The position numbers and the translations under genes were made by a program. 64,000 bases of DNA, from the NCBI RefSeq assembly GCF_046119375.1, contig NW_027362763.1:470518001-470582000 (forward strand), given 5' to 3'. The notes under the pieces are model-generated. The model was not told the origin of the DNA, did no database searches, and worked only from the letters and a program-made list of their open reading frames with translations. Source of the stretch: Phyllobates terribilis. Its lineage: Eukaryota. This document shows, piece by piece, positions 23,002 to 35,475 of this stretch. Numbering within the stretch: the stretch's first letter is position 1; each line of letters starts with the position of its first letter.

Positions 23002-24808
23002 TGTTACGCTCGCGACCGGACTAACTGGCGTGAGCGTGGTTAGTGATTCCACTGGACCATGAACCGAGGAATGCCTGGAGGAGCGTAGCTAAGTATCAAC
23101 TCGGTCCGACCAAGGTCACACGGCGGCTCAGTCAACTCCGTGAACCAAGGAGGAACCGAGCAGAGGGACCAAGTGCTACTCCAGGTCAGACCCCGGTCAC
23201 AGCTGTTGACCGATACCAGGGAATGCAGGAACAGGCAGGTTAGGCTGGCATACAGACAGGTGGGTACTGGCAGGCACGGCTGGTATGAAGACAGGTGGGC
23301 ACTGGCAGGCACGGCTGGCATGCAGACAGGTGGGCACTGGCAGGCACGGCTGGCATGCAAACAGGCGGGTACTGGCAGGTAGGAACGCAGGCAGGATAGG
23401 GACCAGTACAGACTGGGACCCAGGAATGGAGCTGCTGGTGCGTTGGACAGCAGAGCGAAACCGCCAATGCGGTGAACAAGCAGAGCAGAGAGAAACCGCC
23501 ACTGCGGTGAACAAACAGAGCGGAGCAAAACCGCAGGTGCGGTGAACAAGCAGAGCGAAGCAAAACCGCAGGTACGGTGAACAAGCAGAACGGAGAAAAA
23601 CCGCAGGTGCGGTGAACAAGCAGAGCGGAGCAAAACCGCTGGTGCGGTGAACAAGCAGAGCGGAGCGAAACCGCAGGTGCGGTGAACAAGCAGAGCGGAG
23701 CGAAACCGCAGGTGCGGTGAACTAGCAGAGCGGAGCGAAACCGCGGGTGCGGTGAACTAGCAGAGCAGAGCGGAACCGCAGGTGCGGTGAACAAGCAGAG
23801 CAGAGTGGAACCGCAGGTGCGGTGAACAAGCAGAGCAGAACGGAACCGCAGTTGCGGGGAACAAGTAGAGCAGAGCGGAACCGCAGGTGCGGTGAACAAG
23901 CAGAGCAGAGCGGAACCGCAGGTGCGGTGAACAAGCAGAGCAGAGTGGAACCGCAGATGCGGTGGACAAGCAGAGCAGAGCGAATCCACAGGTGCAGTGG
24001 ACAAGCAGAGCAGAACAGAGCAGAAGGTGCAGGCAGACAGGACAGGGCTCTGTTCACATGGAAGAGACTGGAAAATACAAGAAGATAGTTAGAACACAGG
24101 AGGTAGATACAGAGGCAGGGAAACGGGACAAGCAGAACCAGATACACACAAGGTACTTACAATGAAGTAGCGAGTGGACACAAAACTCACAAACAGAAGT
24201 ACAGAAACAATGAGTTGGAGTTAGGGGCAGGTTCAGACACTGCAGGAAAAGGGAAGGTTCGGACATAGAGACAAACAGGTAACGGGCTAGGACACAGTTC
24301 AGACAGGAACTGAACCAGGAACAAGATACAGGAACGAGCCTGGGAACTCAGCCCCCAGGATGGCGGAAACAGACTAGAAGTCACAGATACAGGCAACAGG
24401 CCTGGGTATACAGCCCCCAGGGTGGCGGAACAGACTAGAAGTCACAGATACAGGTAACAGGCCTGGGTATACAGCCCCCAGGGTGGCGGAAACAGACAAG
24501 ATACAGGACAGGACCTGGCAACTCAGTTGCAAGGAACACACTGAAGGAACGTGTTGCTCAGGCACCCCCTACTGGGTGGAGGGGGTTTAAGTATCCAGTG
24601 ACTCACAGCAATAGGCTGGGGAGGCATTAGGAGTGCGCACACAGTAACTATAAGAATCAGGCAGTAGCCGCGCTGCCGCCCTAAGCAATCAGAAAAGAGA
24701 CACAGCAGGTACTGGAGCAAAGTGTGCAGCCTGGATTGATAGGTAAGCTGGCGGTCTTGCATGGTGGGAGGTGGTAAGCCATGCCAGCACGCCGCCAGCG
24801 ATGTTACA
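23002..24808 (-). mobile_element. Solo LTR E (1807 bp), related to Gypsy B LTRs, expanded by internal tandem arrays
   Basis: TG...CA termini with 5-bp TSD CCTAA at 22997-23001 and 24809-24813. Gypsy C RT reads across the site. The segment ccatgaaccgaggaatgcctggaggagcgtagcta matches the reverse complement of the B LTR end. Confidence 0.92.
23459..24015. repeat. 16 x 35-bp array (AACCGCAGGTGCGGTGAACAAGCAGAGCGGAGCGA) in LTR E
   Basis: Units counted directly. Further repeats of ~35 bp at ~23230-23390 and ~60 bp at ~24350-24500. Confidence 0.93.
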
Positions 24809-26789
24809 CCTAATAGGAGGAGTATTCCCCGTGGGAATCTCATGCTCAATCATCCGGAAACAACCGAAGTCCTCCGCATGTCGTGAAAAGGTCTCTTGAT
24901 GTTCCCACAAGACCCTCTCCAGCTGCTCCAATTGCACTGGGGGTCAGTTTCTCCCAATCCAATCCCATCATGTCCATGATCACACGACCATTCCATTCTT
25001 CGGTAGGAGGTTCGGTCTGGCCTACTTCAACCGCGTATGTCCAGAAAGACTGTTCATCTGGGCGCAGTTCGTACACTGCCTTGTCAGGCACCTTCCCCGC
25101 TGGCACGAACAGTTCAGCCAGAATGGTCCCAGCAGGAATTGTAACAGCCTCATCTACAACGTTGATGCATCTGACCGGCACCCGTCCATTCTTCACAATC
25201 GCCAGAGACTGGGCCACGTGCGCCTTGGCGAACGAGGACTTCTCTGGGGCTGGCTCGAGTAGTACTTCAAGCCCATTCAGTCTCTGCGCAGCCCCCACTG
25301 GTAGCATTAAGAGTTCTTCTTGTCAGGGCGCTAGTGAGATCGTGGTCCGCGATGGCACTCGGACCCGGCCCACCTGGCCCCCAGGGACCGCACTCTTCAG
25401 GAGATCGCAGCTCAGCACTAGATGGTGTAACATTCTCTGTGTGGGTCGATGGTGTACTTCACCTCCATCCCTCTTCTAGTAGGGTGGTCCACCATCCATT
25501 TCTGTCCCAGCTCTTGACCAAACATTTTCAGTTGCATCCACACGATCCCCTTCACCGTCAGTTGGCCATTGTTAGCGGCGGTAAGTCGTATCACTCGGCC
25601 GTCCTCGGGAACCACTAGTTGACTGAAGTGCCTCTCGTACACCTCTTACGGTACATTCGGATCCTGTGTCAACCAAGCATCTCATTTTCCGCCCTTCAAA
25701 CTCTGCTTCCAGCTCTGGACTGCATGCGAACAAATCTTGTTCTTCCCATCGAGGACTTTGTGGGGGGTGGGCCGCTGCTGCTCGCCCTCTCATGGCAGCG
25801 AATGGGAGTTTTACGCCGGCGAAGGAGGCTCCGGAGCTGCAGATATTCGGCAGTATTGGGAGATGTGTCCCCAACGCAAACACCTCCAACAGGTGACTGC
25901 TCCTCATGGACGAGAACTTGAATCATTCGAGGAGGATGACCTGGCAGACTGCAGAACCACCATTCCAGAGGACAAGGCGGGTGGCCCTTCCATGGGAGTA
26001 GGGACCGGCCCAGCTCTGAGCTTAGACACCTCCAGCTTTAGCTCCTTCAGTTCGGCACGAGGAGCCTGTACAATGTTTACAAGTCCTTCCCCTCCTAAAA
26101 CTGGCGCCTGGCCTCCCTCCAGCTGTGCACTGTCCACTGCCCCCTCATTCACCAGGGTAGACTCCTCCTCCCTTTCCACCGCGGCCCGATAAATCTGCCA
26201 GAAGGATAATTCCGGGGCAGCTCGGGTCATCTCCATCAGTTTGTCTCGAAGGAGTTTATTGGCTAACCCTGTTATGAATTGATCCCGGAGCAAGCGGTCT
26301 ACCTCTCGGAATGCCCCCATGGCCCCTGGGTCTAGTCGCTGCACCTCATTCAACGTTTCCTGTAAGGTATTTGAGTACTGCACCAAGGTCTCACATTCCC
26401 TTTGGGGCCGATTGAAAAACAAGGAACGAAGCTGGGCCACACGAGCTCAGCCTCCCGAACTCCCCTCTAACAGCTTCAAGATTTTCTCTAACGTGCTCCT
26501 CTCTGACTCTGGACGTAACATCACCATCCGCCTACCGTCGCCTTCTAGTGCATTTAATGCCAGCTCTGCTCATAACGCAGGGGCCAGATTACACATCCGC
26601 AGAACACTCCGGACCCTCTCAGCCCAATCCTGGAATGCCATGTTACGCCCGTCGTATTTCGGCATGTGCTGAAGTAAAGCTCCTACCGGCACATATCCTC
26701 CCAAAGTCGCCGCAGCTGCCAGGGGTTCCGCAACCAGTGCGGCAGAGTCATTTCTTCCCTCACCTCTGTCCATGACAAGCACTGGATAA

Positions 26790-26803
26790 TGCCGACTACG
26801 CCA
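26790..26803 (-). promoter_or_regulatory. Primer-binding site of Gypsy C (tRNA-Ser)
   Basis: Minus-strand TGGCGTAGTCGGCA is complementary to the vertebrate tRNA-Ser 3' end (...TGCCGACTACGCCA), 4 nt from the LTR. Confidence 0.85.
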
Positions 26804-28391
26804 AAAATGTAAAGACCAGAGGTCCGAGAGAGATCCAGTGAGTCACAAACTGAGACAGAGACAGAAATAAAAAACACTTTCTTTACTAAAACAGGGATTA
26901 GACTAAAATTCTGTATTGCATGAATCAGTCTCAGGTTCCACCTGGGACACTGTCTCTACTAACTACACACAATCAGCAAAAGCTGAAATCAATGTGCCAA
27001 TCTCAAGGTTTCCAGTTTATGTGAATTATACCAAAGATCTGGAACAATTTTACCTAAACACTGTGTCAATCTAGTGTGGGTGTTCTATAGGGACCCCTGA
27101 GATGGCACACTGAGTACAATCCTACCACTATTAACAATAGCAATGCATGAAATTATACCAATTGCTCTTATACCCCTAGTATAGGGATACCCGGGTATCT
27201 TACTGTTACGGTACCGTTAACCTCAGATGTGGTCTATCACAGGCCTGTGAATCGTGGTGGCTGAAGCTAGTCCAGGAAAACTTTGGCGCCAAATAAAAAG
27301 CAATGTTTACAAAAACAGCAAAGGTTTCTTGTCTTGTCAGCCGATGCCGAGCCCACACGTCGAGGACTTTAGTCCTGTAGCCTCAGGTTAAGGTGTGGGA
27401 AGAACTCTTCACAAGGCTTGTCAGTATCCTCTCAATGTGAATGGCACTGGACCCCGTCTCTCCTCTCGCAGTCACTCACTGGACACACAGGGTCTCCCAA
27501 TCGGCCCCTGCTCTGAGCTCAGCCAGGCAAAACCCACAGGGTCCTAATGCTCTCCTGCTGCTATCACAGTTCACACTCTCACAGTGCTATTTCCAGAATG
27601 TGTAATGTGTAAAGGATATTTAGCCATGTCTGCTATTCACAAGCAGACACTGGCAGAAAACGGCACATTAAATCACATTAGGCACACATATACACACACA
27701 TACAGTATAAAATACATATATCCATATATATTATGCTCACACTTATACTTTACACACTCATATTACATAGGCATACACATAGAACACAATCATAAACACA
27801 AGTATATACAAAACGGAAGCCTATGCGCACTGAACAATCTATCAAAGATTATTCAGTACATACCTGAAGCTTGTTCTGCCTGTTTTAAAATTGGACAATG
27901 TAAATTAGGCTCCAATAGAGGTTGATGAAACATCACATTGCAGACATTACACTTGCCATTGTGTTTCACTATGTTGGAGAAGATTCTATTATGAATAAAT
28001 TGCATTTTGTAACTGCACCTAGAAGTGTATGACAGAAACGTTTTAGTGTCATCACACAATCCAAATAAAATCCATATTTCTAATATAAGATTATTTTTTT
28101 ATATTGGATTTGCATGTTGAATGTGTACACTGTGTAATTATTAATACATCACTCTCATGTGTTAGAGGTGATTTATTGCTGTCATTTTCTTTAGTACATT
28201 TTTTAATTACTGACAGCATAAAGATATAAACAGATTTATCTTGAATATATTAAACTTTATAATTATTCCCTAGCAATTCACAAACAGATTATTTTAGGAG
28301 AGAGTTTGTTTTCTTTCCTTAACCGCCTCCCATTGTATGGATTCTAGGCCTTAAGGACCAAAGCAAATTTTCCAATTTTGCTTTAATGTTT

Positions 28392-28947
28392 TGTCACGGG
28401 TGTGTCAGAAGTGACAGACAGTCGCCCTGCAGTTGGTTGCAGGAGATTTCTATGTTTGGCATTACAGACATCTGTCTCTAGGACCCAGCGGCTACTTCCC
28501 TCCGGCTAATTAGCATCCTGCCTGGGTGCATAAATATCTGCTGTGTTTCAGTGGGAGGTGCCGCCAATATTCATTAGTACTTGTGAAAGCTTTAGCAAGA
28601 GCAGTACCTCGTCCACTCTGGAGATGAGAACGTGTGCGCATTTGTCTGGATTTGTCTAAAGCTAAGCAATTTCCCCCTGTTTGTCCACCCTTGTTGTCTA
28701 TAGTGTTTAGTGAAGATCGACTAGTGCTCATCTCCTCCCTTCCCTAGCCTTATCCATACGCCAGGGAAAGACAGGGTGAGGCACGCGTGTGGCGATTAGT
28801 GAAGAACAAATACAGGGATGTTAGGGGAGACAGGGTGACACTAGATCAACCTAGGAGGTCTCCACTTTCCCCCTCTCCCTAGAGTCTTGGCTCCCTTTCC
28901 CTCTTCCCTTTGTGTTGCATTAAGTCTTTCCCACACGTTGTGTGACA
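28392..28947 (+). mobile_element. Solo LTR related to Gypsy A LTRs
   Basis: tgtcacg...gtgtgaca. The 3' 130 bp align with the reverse complement of 17505-17635. Flanks tgttt/ttttt form an imperfect TSD. Confidence 0.8.
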
Positions 28948-29580
28948 TTTTTGAACAAAAAGGCTTCTCCACTATACCCATTACTGGACAACCCCTTCGT
29001 AATAGCTTTGCTGTCAGCACAAAATAAAAAGAGAAGAGGACAGGCTGATCAGCTGTAGCCTTCACTATTCCGTCAGAGCGGACTTGTGTTTCTGACGTTG
29101 TTTTTTTTGCCATTAATTATACAGGATAAATATAGTAATGTATTTATAGCTTGGGTCAATACAAACATGGCAATTCTGTTGTATACATTTTTTTTCATCT
29201 TTTATTTTAGTACCGCTTAGAAACTTGCACTTTAGTGAGCTTGATCACTCATATTATAAGATGCAGTACTTCTGTATTGTGGTGTAATGTGCCTCAGCAT
29301 AACGCTGATAGACTATTAGACCCAGTCCTGGTAGGGTCTAATAGGAGGACTTGGATGGCAATCATGAGAGGCATTGTTAGGCCCACTACATCTCCCTCCC
29401 CCACAGGATTGGGTCACAAAATGCACTCTTATCTAATTTCCCAGAGGGGTTTTATGTTCAGTAGTGTTTATGCCATATGGGGGGGCTTCTAAAATAGGAA
29501 GACAACTCCTGGACATGATTTAAGGGAGCAATTAAACAATTATAAATTTTGCTTGATTAATTATAATTGCAATAGATGTA

Positions 29581-31079
29581 CAGTACAGACCAAAAGTTTG
29601 GACACACCTTCTCATTTAAAGATTTTTCTGTATTTTCATGACTATGAAAATTGTGCATCCACACTGAAGGCATCAAAACTATGAATTAACACATGTGGAA
29701 TTATATACTTAACAAAAAAGTGTGAAACAACTGAAAATATGTCTTATATTCTAGGTTCTTCAAAGTAGCCACCTTTTGCATTGATGACTGCTTTGCACAC
29801 TCTTGGCATTCTCTTGATGAGCTTTAAGTGGTAGTCACCGGAAATGGTTTTCACTTCACAGGTGTGCCCTGTCAGGTTTAATAAGTGTGATTTCTTGCCT
29901 TATAAATGAGGTTGGGACCATCAGTTGTGTTGTGCAGAAGTCTGGTGGATACACAGCTGATAGTCCTACTGAATAGACTGTTAGCTGCTTTTTTCTTGCC
30001 ATAATACAAATTCTAAGTAAAGAAAAACGAGTGGCCATCATTACTTTAAGAAGTGAAGGTCAGTCAGTCTGAAAAATTGGGAAAACTTTGAAAGTGTCCC
30101 CAAGTGCAGCTGCAAAAACCATCAAGCGCTACAAAGAAACTGGCTCACATGAGGACCGCCCCAGGAAAGGAAGACCAAGAGTCACCTCTGTTTCTGAGGA
30201 TAAGTTTATCCGAGTCACCAGCCTCAGAAATCACAGGTTAACAGCAGCTCAGATTAGAGACCAGGTCAATGCCACACAGAGTTCTAGCAGCAGACACATC
30301 TCTTCAACAACTGTTAAGAGGAGACTTTGTACAGCAGGCCTTCATGGTAAAATAGCTGCTAGGAAACCACTGCTAAGGACAGGCAACAAGCAGAAGAGAC
30401 TTGTTTGGGCTAAAGAACACAAGGAATGGACATTATGGAGGAGGAGGTGTGATGGTGTGGGGGTGCTTTGCTTGTGACACTGTTGGGGATTTGTTCAAAA
30501 TTGAAGGCATACTGAACCAGCATGGCTACCACAGCATCTTGCAGCTGCATGCTATTCCATCCGGTTTGCGTTTAGTTGGACCATTATTTATTTTTCAACA
30601 GGACAATGACCCCAAACACACCTCCAGGCTGTGTAAGGGCTATTTGACCAAGAGGGAGAGTGATGGGGTGCTACGCCAGATGACCTGGCCTCCACAGTCA
30701 CCAGACCTGAACCCAATCGAGATGGTTTGTGGTGAGCTGGACCGCAGAGTGAAGGCAAAAGGACCAACAAGTGCTAAGCATCTCTGGGAACCCTTTCAAG
30801 ATTGTTGGAAGACCATTTCCGGTGACTACCTCTTGAAGCTCATCAAGAGAATGCCAAGAGTGTGCAAAGCAGTCATCAAAGCAAAAGGTGGCTACTTTGA
30901 AGAACCTAGAATATAAGACATATTTTCAGTTGTTTCACACTTTTTTGTAAAGTATATAATTCCACATGTGTTAATTCATAGTTTTGATGCCTTCAGTGTG
31001 AATGTACAATTTTCATAGTCATGAAAATACAGAAAAATCTTTAAATGAGAAGGTGTGTCCAAACTTTTGGTCTGTACTG
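29581..31079 (+). mobile_element. Tc1 DNA transposon with ~243-bp TIRs and TA TSD; defective transposase
   Basis: TA|cagtacagaccaaaagtttggacac...gtccaaacttttggtctgtactg|TA. TIRs at ~29581-29823 and 30837-31079. Confidence 0.96.
29985..30916 (+). pseudogene. Tc1 transposase (start codon inverted, early stop, internal deletion removing the first catalytic Asp)
   Basis: KVSPSAAAKTIKRYKETG...RPRKGRPR; WAKEHKEWTL fused directly to GGGVMVWG; FQQDNDPKHTS; QSPDLNPIE. Confidence 0.93.
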
Positions 31080-32627
31080 TAAGATGTCAAAAAGTTGGTT
31101 GATTTTTACAAATTAAAAGTGTAATATTACACTTTCCATTGACTCAAAGGTTTGTTAATAAAGGTATTATAAAATTTACGTTTTTATACCATCATCTGAC
31201 AATTTCTGGGTTCTGGGCACTGCATGTGATGATCACACTATTTGTTTTATTTCATGGTGCCATTTCCCATCTTCATAATGATATTTGATCTGCCTTGTTA
31301 CATTTACTGGTAATTGTGCAAGGCCTAATTCCAGGATATGCTTTTCAGCTGACTCACTTTTGGCCAGTCTTTATATTAATTTGTACACATTTATGATAAA
31401 TTCAGAGTAGCTGGAGGTTGAACATTTGTGCAACTAAGAAAAAAATGCAATCAATCTTAATGTACACAGCCGAAGGGCAAGGGAAGTTTATTGTGCTGGT
31501 AATGACTGACACCTTCCTGTAAATCATCTTTCCTGAACGTTTCTTAAAGGACTAGATGTCTGGTAGCTAGTACAAGATGCAAAAACAGACCGCAGTTGGT
31601 ATGTTATCTCAGAATGTCACTCAGGCCTGGTCTGCTGATCTGCCCAGTCGGGCATTTGCCTGGTGAGCCGTGGTGTGGTGCTGCTTTTGGGGCCGCCAAC
31701 CTGTTTTTCCATCTGCTGCCTCCTTTAACTTTTCGGGCACCTGGTGGTGCAGCATCACCGGGGGCGGGTGGGGCGCGCAATGCACATGTGGTTAGAGCCA
31801 TGTCCGGCCTTAGATATGTGCAGTGGGGGAGGAGGCAGTTCTGCTACCCGGGACACATCTTTAAAAAAAAGAGGGGGTGTGTTACTTACATTGCAGGCAT
31901 CATTCTCTTCTTTGTGTGCAGGGCTGCTTCTAGTGTCCAGTCAGCAAGGGGGGGCATCAGAGTGCAGGGCAAGATGAGAGCTGTGATAACTGCTTTGTGT
32001 GGTTCCCACTGCCCAGCATGCTCCAGGTAACCTGTGCAGCTAGTTATCAGCAGTAGTGCCCAGCTCAGCTTTTGCTGTGCTGAGATAAGTAGCAGGAGGG
32101 GGAATTTGACAAATTTCACCCCCGAGCCAGTTTTCACCTTCGTGACACGGCCAATTTTTTCAATTCTGACCATTGTCATTTTATGCAGTAATAACTCTGG
32201 AATGCTTCAACATATGCCAGTGATTCTGAGATTTTTTTTGTGATATATATCGTATTTCATGATAATGGTAAAATTTGTTCAATATGATTTGCATTTATTT
32301 GTGAAAATATCGGAAATTTGGCAAAAATGTTAAAAATATTCAAATTTTCAAACTTTTAATTTTTATGCCCTTAAAGCAGAGAGTTATGTCACATAAAATA
32401 GTTAATAAATAACATTTGTTAGGAAGTTGATCAGCAATTTCTCATTGTTCCAACAAAATTTACAAAGCCATTTTTTTGGGAGCCACATCACATTTGAAGT
32501 GACTTTGAGAGGCATATATAACAGAAAAAAAACAAAAGTGACACTATCCTAAAAACTGCACCCCTCAAGGTGCTCAGAACCACATTCAAGAAGTTTTTTA
32601 ACCTTTCAGGTGCTCATCTGGCTCCTT

Positions 32628-32676
32628 GATCACCTGATGAAGGCTCCGGTCCAGAGCTGAAAACCGGTTTGTGATT
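32628..32676 (+). ncRNA. Putative minimal type I hammerhead ribozyme motif (Penelope-like element associated)
   Basis: Stem I GATCAC/GTGATT; core CTGATGA plus an extra A; stem II GGCTC/GAGCT; GAAA; palindromic helix III AACCGGTT. AAATAAAA lies 10 nt downstream. Confidence 0.55.
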
Positions 32677-33494
32677 TTGATCCTAAATAAAAGGTACTAA
32701 TTTTATTTACTGCATCCTCACTAACGTCATTGCCAGCGCACCAACATAACCTTTACATTTTTAAAAATGACCTGTAAACATTTCGTAGAATTTTTTTATA
32801 AAACGTAAATGTAAATTTAAAAAATATTTTTAACTCTACAGGACTACAGGTCAGGAGCAGAGTATTCAGGCTAATCTGTGTAACCCCGCCCCCACCACTG
32901 ATTGGCAGCTTGCTCACAATGCACAGTGTACACAGGAAGCTGCCAGTAAGGGGTGTGGGCGGGGTTATGCACAGTAACTCTTAGCTCTGCTACATATCTA
33001 TTAGACAAAACAAGTATTTTATTAAAACTACACCAAGCAGCCCAGTAAGTAATACATACCTGGAATCAGACTTTCTTGCCCTATGTTATGCTACTCTCTC
33101 ATTATATTAAAAACCTGCTGACAGATTCCCTTTAAGTAATTACTCCTTACTTTGCTCCATGCTCAAAATATGCCCCCCACACTTTCCCTCTGCTAATACA
33201 TTCCCTTCTTCTACACTGACCACTCCTATTAAATAAGGCAATCCCCTCTTGTGAACTATAACTTCCACACCATTCCTTTCTTATCAACTATGGTATCCAC
33301 ACGTCACCCTCTTCATACTGTGCCCTCGCACTGCCTCTGTTCCATATTTTGCTCTCACACTGCCCCCTCTCTATACTGTGCCCTCTCACAATTCTGCCCT
33401 CTCTCTATATTTTGCCCTCACATTGCACCGTAATCAAATGCCCTTACACTACCCCCTTTCCATGCTGTGCACCTCACATTGCCACCAATCCATA

Positions 33495-34206
33495 TGTGAC
33501 ATGTAGAAGTAGTGCTGTTGCTTCAAAAGCATCCAGCACCTATAAGAGTTAACACAGTCACAAGAGACAGGGAGTGGTTAGCAGAGCCCCAGGGGGATTG
33601 TGGGGAACTTATTTACTATTCTGGTTACAGCCAAAGGGAGAAGTGGTGTGTGTGATCTGTATCTCACAGAAGTGCAGGAAAGAGAACAGGATTAAAGTCC
33701 AGGGTGAAGCTCAACAAAGGTCAGATACCCTGCACTGTTAGTTCAGGAAGTCTATCATTGGGCAGGAAGATAAGGACTGGAAGGAATTGTGTCACAGAGA
33801 TCATCTCCCTCGTCAAACCCTCTCCCCCTCCATCTCCATGCAGGATAAAGAATGCTGTGTACTAGTGAGTCCTTGTGTAGGAAAAGCCTGCTGTTTATGC
33901 ATAAGAGATCTAATCTGTGCTGAATTATGCTACTGAAGAGACTGATGTTACTGTGCCTGCTTTATGAGACTGTACTGTAATGAAGATTGTTACTGTAATA
34001 TCCCTGAATTGCACTGGCCGTGCTTCAGATTAAATTCCACTGTTGAAAAAGACTCTTGTCAGATGTGTATGGTCAGCAACTGAATCTATTGTGTGCCTGA
34101 GAGAAGCTGCAGCCTATGGTCGCCCTGGGTAATGGTTCCCCCAGGATTTCAACGAATTCATGAAACCCCTCTCGCCCTATCTGAACCTAGCGGCGTGCGT
34201 GTAACA
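33495..34206 (+). mobile_element. Solo LTR (712 bp)
   Basis: tgtgaca...tgtaaca with 4-bp TSD CATA at 33491-33494 and 34207-34210. TATAA at ~33541 and ATTAAA at ~34030. Interrupts a pyrimidine-rich low-complexity repeat. Confidence 0.8.
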
Positions 34207-34882
34207 CATACTGTGACATCACACTGCTCCTTGTCCATACTGTGCCCTCACACTGTCTCTTCTCTATAATGTGCTCCCTCTTATAATTCTCCTTCTCTAT
34301 AATGTGCCCTTACACTGCCCCCTCTTGATAATGTGCACTTCACACTGCCCCCTCTCTGTACTATGCCCCCTCTCCGTACTATGCCCCCTAGAAAAACTTT
34401 TCCCTTCCCGGCATACTGCCTTCATCATACGATTACAATAAAAGTCTTTTATCTTTGAGTTCAGTCCATGGAGCTTTTACTTTACTCACTGCCTTCGCTG
34501 CCTCTATGGTGATGTCAGCAGTGTGATGAGGTGACCTCTTCCCACTGCTGCACATCGGGGAGGGGAGCTAATTAGCACTCCTCTGCCCCTGCAGTTCTAA
34601 TACCTTCAATTGGATGCAGAAAGCAAGGAGTCAGCATTGTACTGGTTCTCCAAGCCGTCTGTCAGTTTACCAACAGGTCCAAAGAACCACTGAGAGCTGG
34701 CTAAATCTTTAACCCCTTCATGTCTAGGTGATTTTTCATTGTCGCTTTATGTATTTAAAATAAAGTATTATTTTTAAAAAATTGCTAATGTTTTTTTTTC
34801 CATATCACATTTTTTAATACAATAAAAAATAGAGATCTTGCAATTCTGACACTGGCCATTAGGGCTTTTTTAGGCCTTAGCT

Positions 34883-35122
34883 CACATGTGTCAAACTCTG
34901 GCACGTGGGCCAAATCTGGCCCTCAGGGTGGTTTTATTTGACCCTCGACACCAGAACCACCACCCCTATGTGGGGCCCATTATTCTGTATGAAGGACTAC
35001 GTGGGGACCATTATTCTGTATGGAGGACTTTGTGAGGCCCATTATACTGTATACTGGTTGGCCCGCGACTTTGTCCAAGTTTTTCATTTTGGCCCTCTGT
35101 GTGTTTGAGTTTGACATTCCTG
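34883..35122. mobile_element. hAT (Charlie-type) MITE, 240 bp
   Basis: TIRs cacatgtgtcaaactc / gagtttgacattcctg with perfect 8-bp TSD CCTTAGCT at 34875-34882 and 35123-35130. Confidence 0.88.
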
Positions 35123-35475
35123 CCTTAGCTCTACCCATTTTTGTGGAGGTGGCCTAAACTGGCATGAAAACATCAATAAGTTTCCCAATCTTTGCGCAAC
35201 TTTGTGTTGTCCAAAAATATTCCTACTTTTCAAAGCATTTTATGCCAGACCCTAATTTTTGTTGAAGAATTGAGGCGTAAGTTCCTGTCATTTCAGCAAC
35301 TTTACATATACATTAGGCGTAATGGACAAACCCTGACCCTAACTTTTGTACTGAAGCATCTAATGAGCCTGTGCAAAGGTCATTGTAAAGAAAGAGGGAG
35401 CCAGGGGAGCTATGACATCACCTATTGTTATTGGTGGATCTTGTGGATCTTGTGCTGTCAGCTGAAAAAGAGTTT

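Larger units (their letters stand above)
20023..26772 (-). pseudogene. Gypsy C gag-pol (interrupted by solo LTR E at 23002-24808)
   Basis: MPKYDGRNMAFQDWAERV (gag); CLVDTGS (PR); MPFGFTNAPGTFQRLM...IYLDDIVVF (RT); LYTDGSLHGLGAVL (RH); IHSDQGACF (IN). Frameshifts and stops. Confidence 0.92.
18941..27583 (-). mobile_element. Gypsy C: decayed Ty3/Gypsy with PNMA-like gag and tRNA-Ser PBS
   Basis: LTRs at 18941-20022 and 26808-27583 (tgtaaagacc...ctcaca, ~95-96% identical; the 5' LTR lacks ~300 bp). 4-bp TSD GTGC at 18937-18940 and 27584-27587. Confidence 0.95.

Noticed and set aside
23040-24147. Cys-rich ORFs and CRISPR-like periodicity in LTR E
   Set aside because: These are translations of the 35-bp array, with no unique spacers.
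18770-29400. Similar segments at ~18770-18920 and ~29195-29400 as the two ends of one element
   Set aside because: Same orientation, only moderately similar, and no TIR/LTR termini or TSD; more likely two copies of a dispersed repeat.
31596-32243. GC-rich ORFs (144 aa and shorter)
   Set aside because: No domain similarity recognised; embedded in MITE-like repeat fragments.
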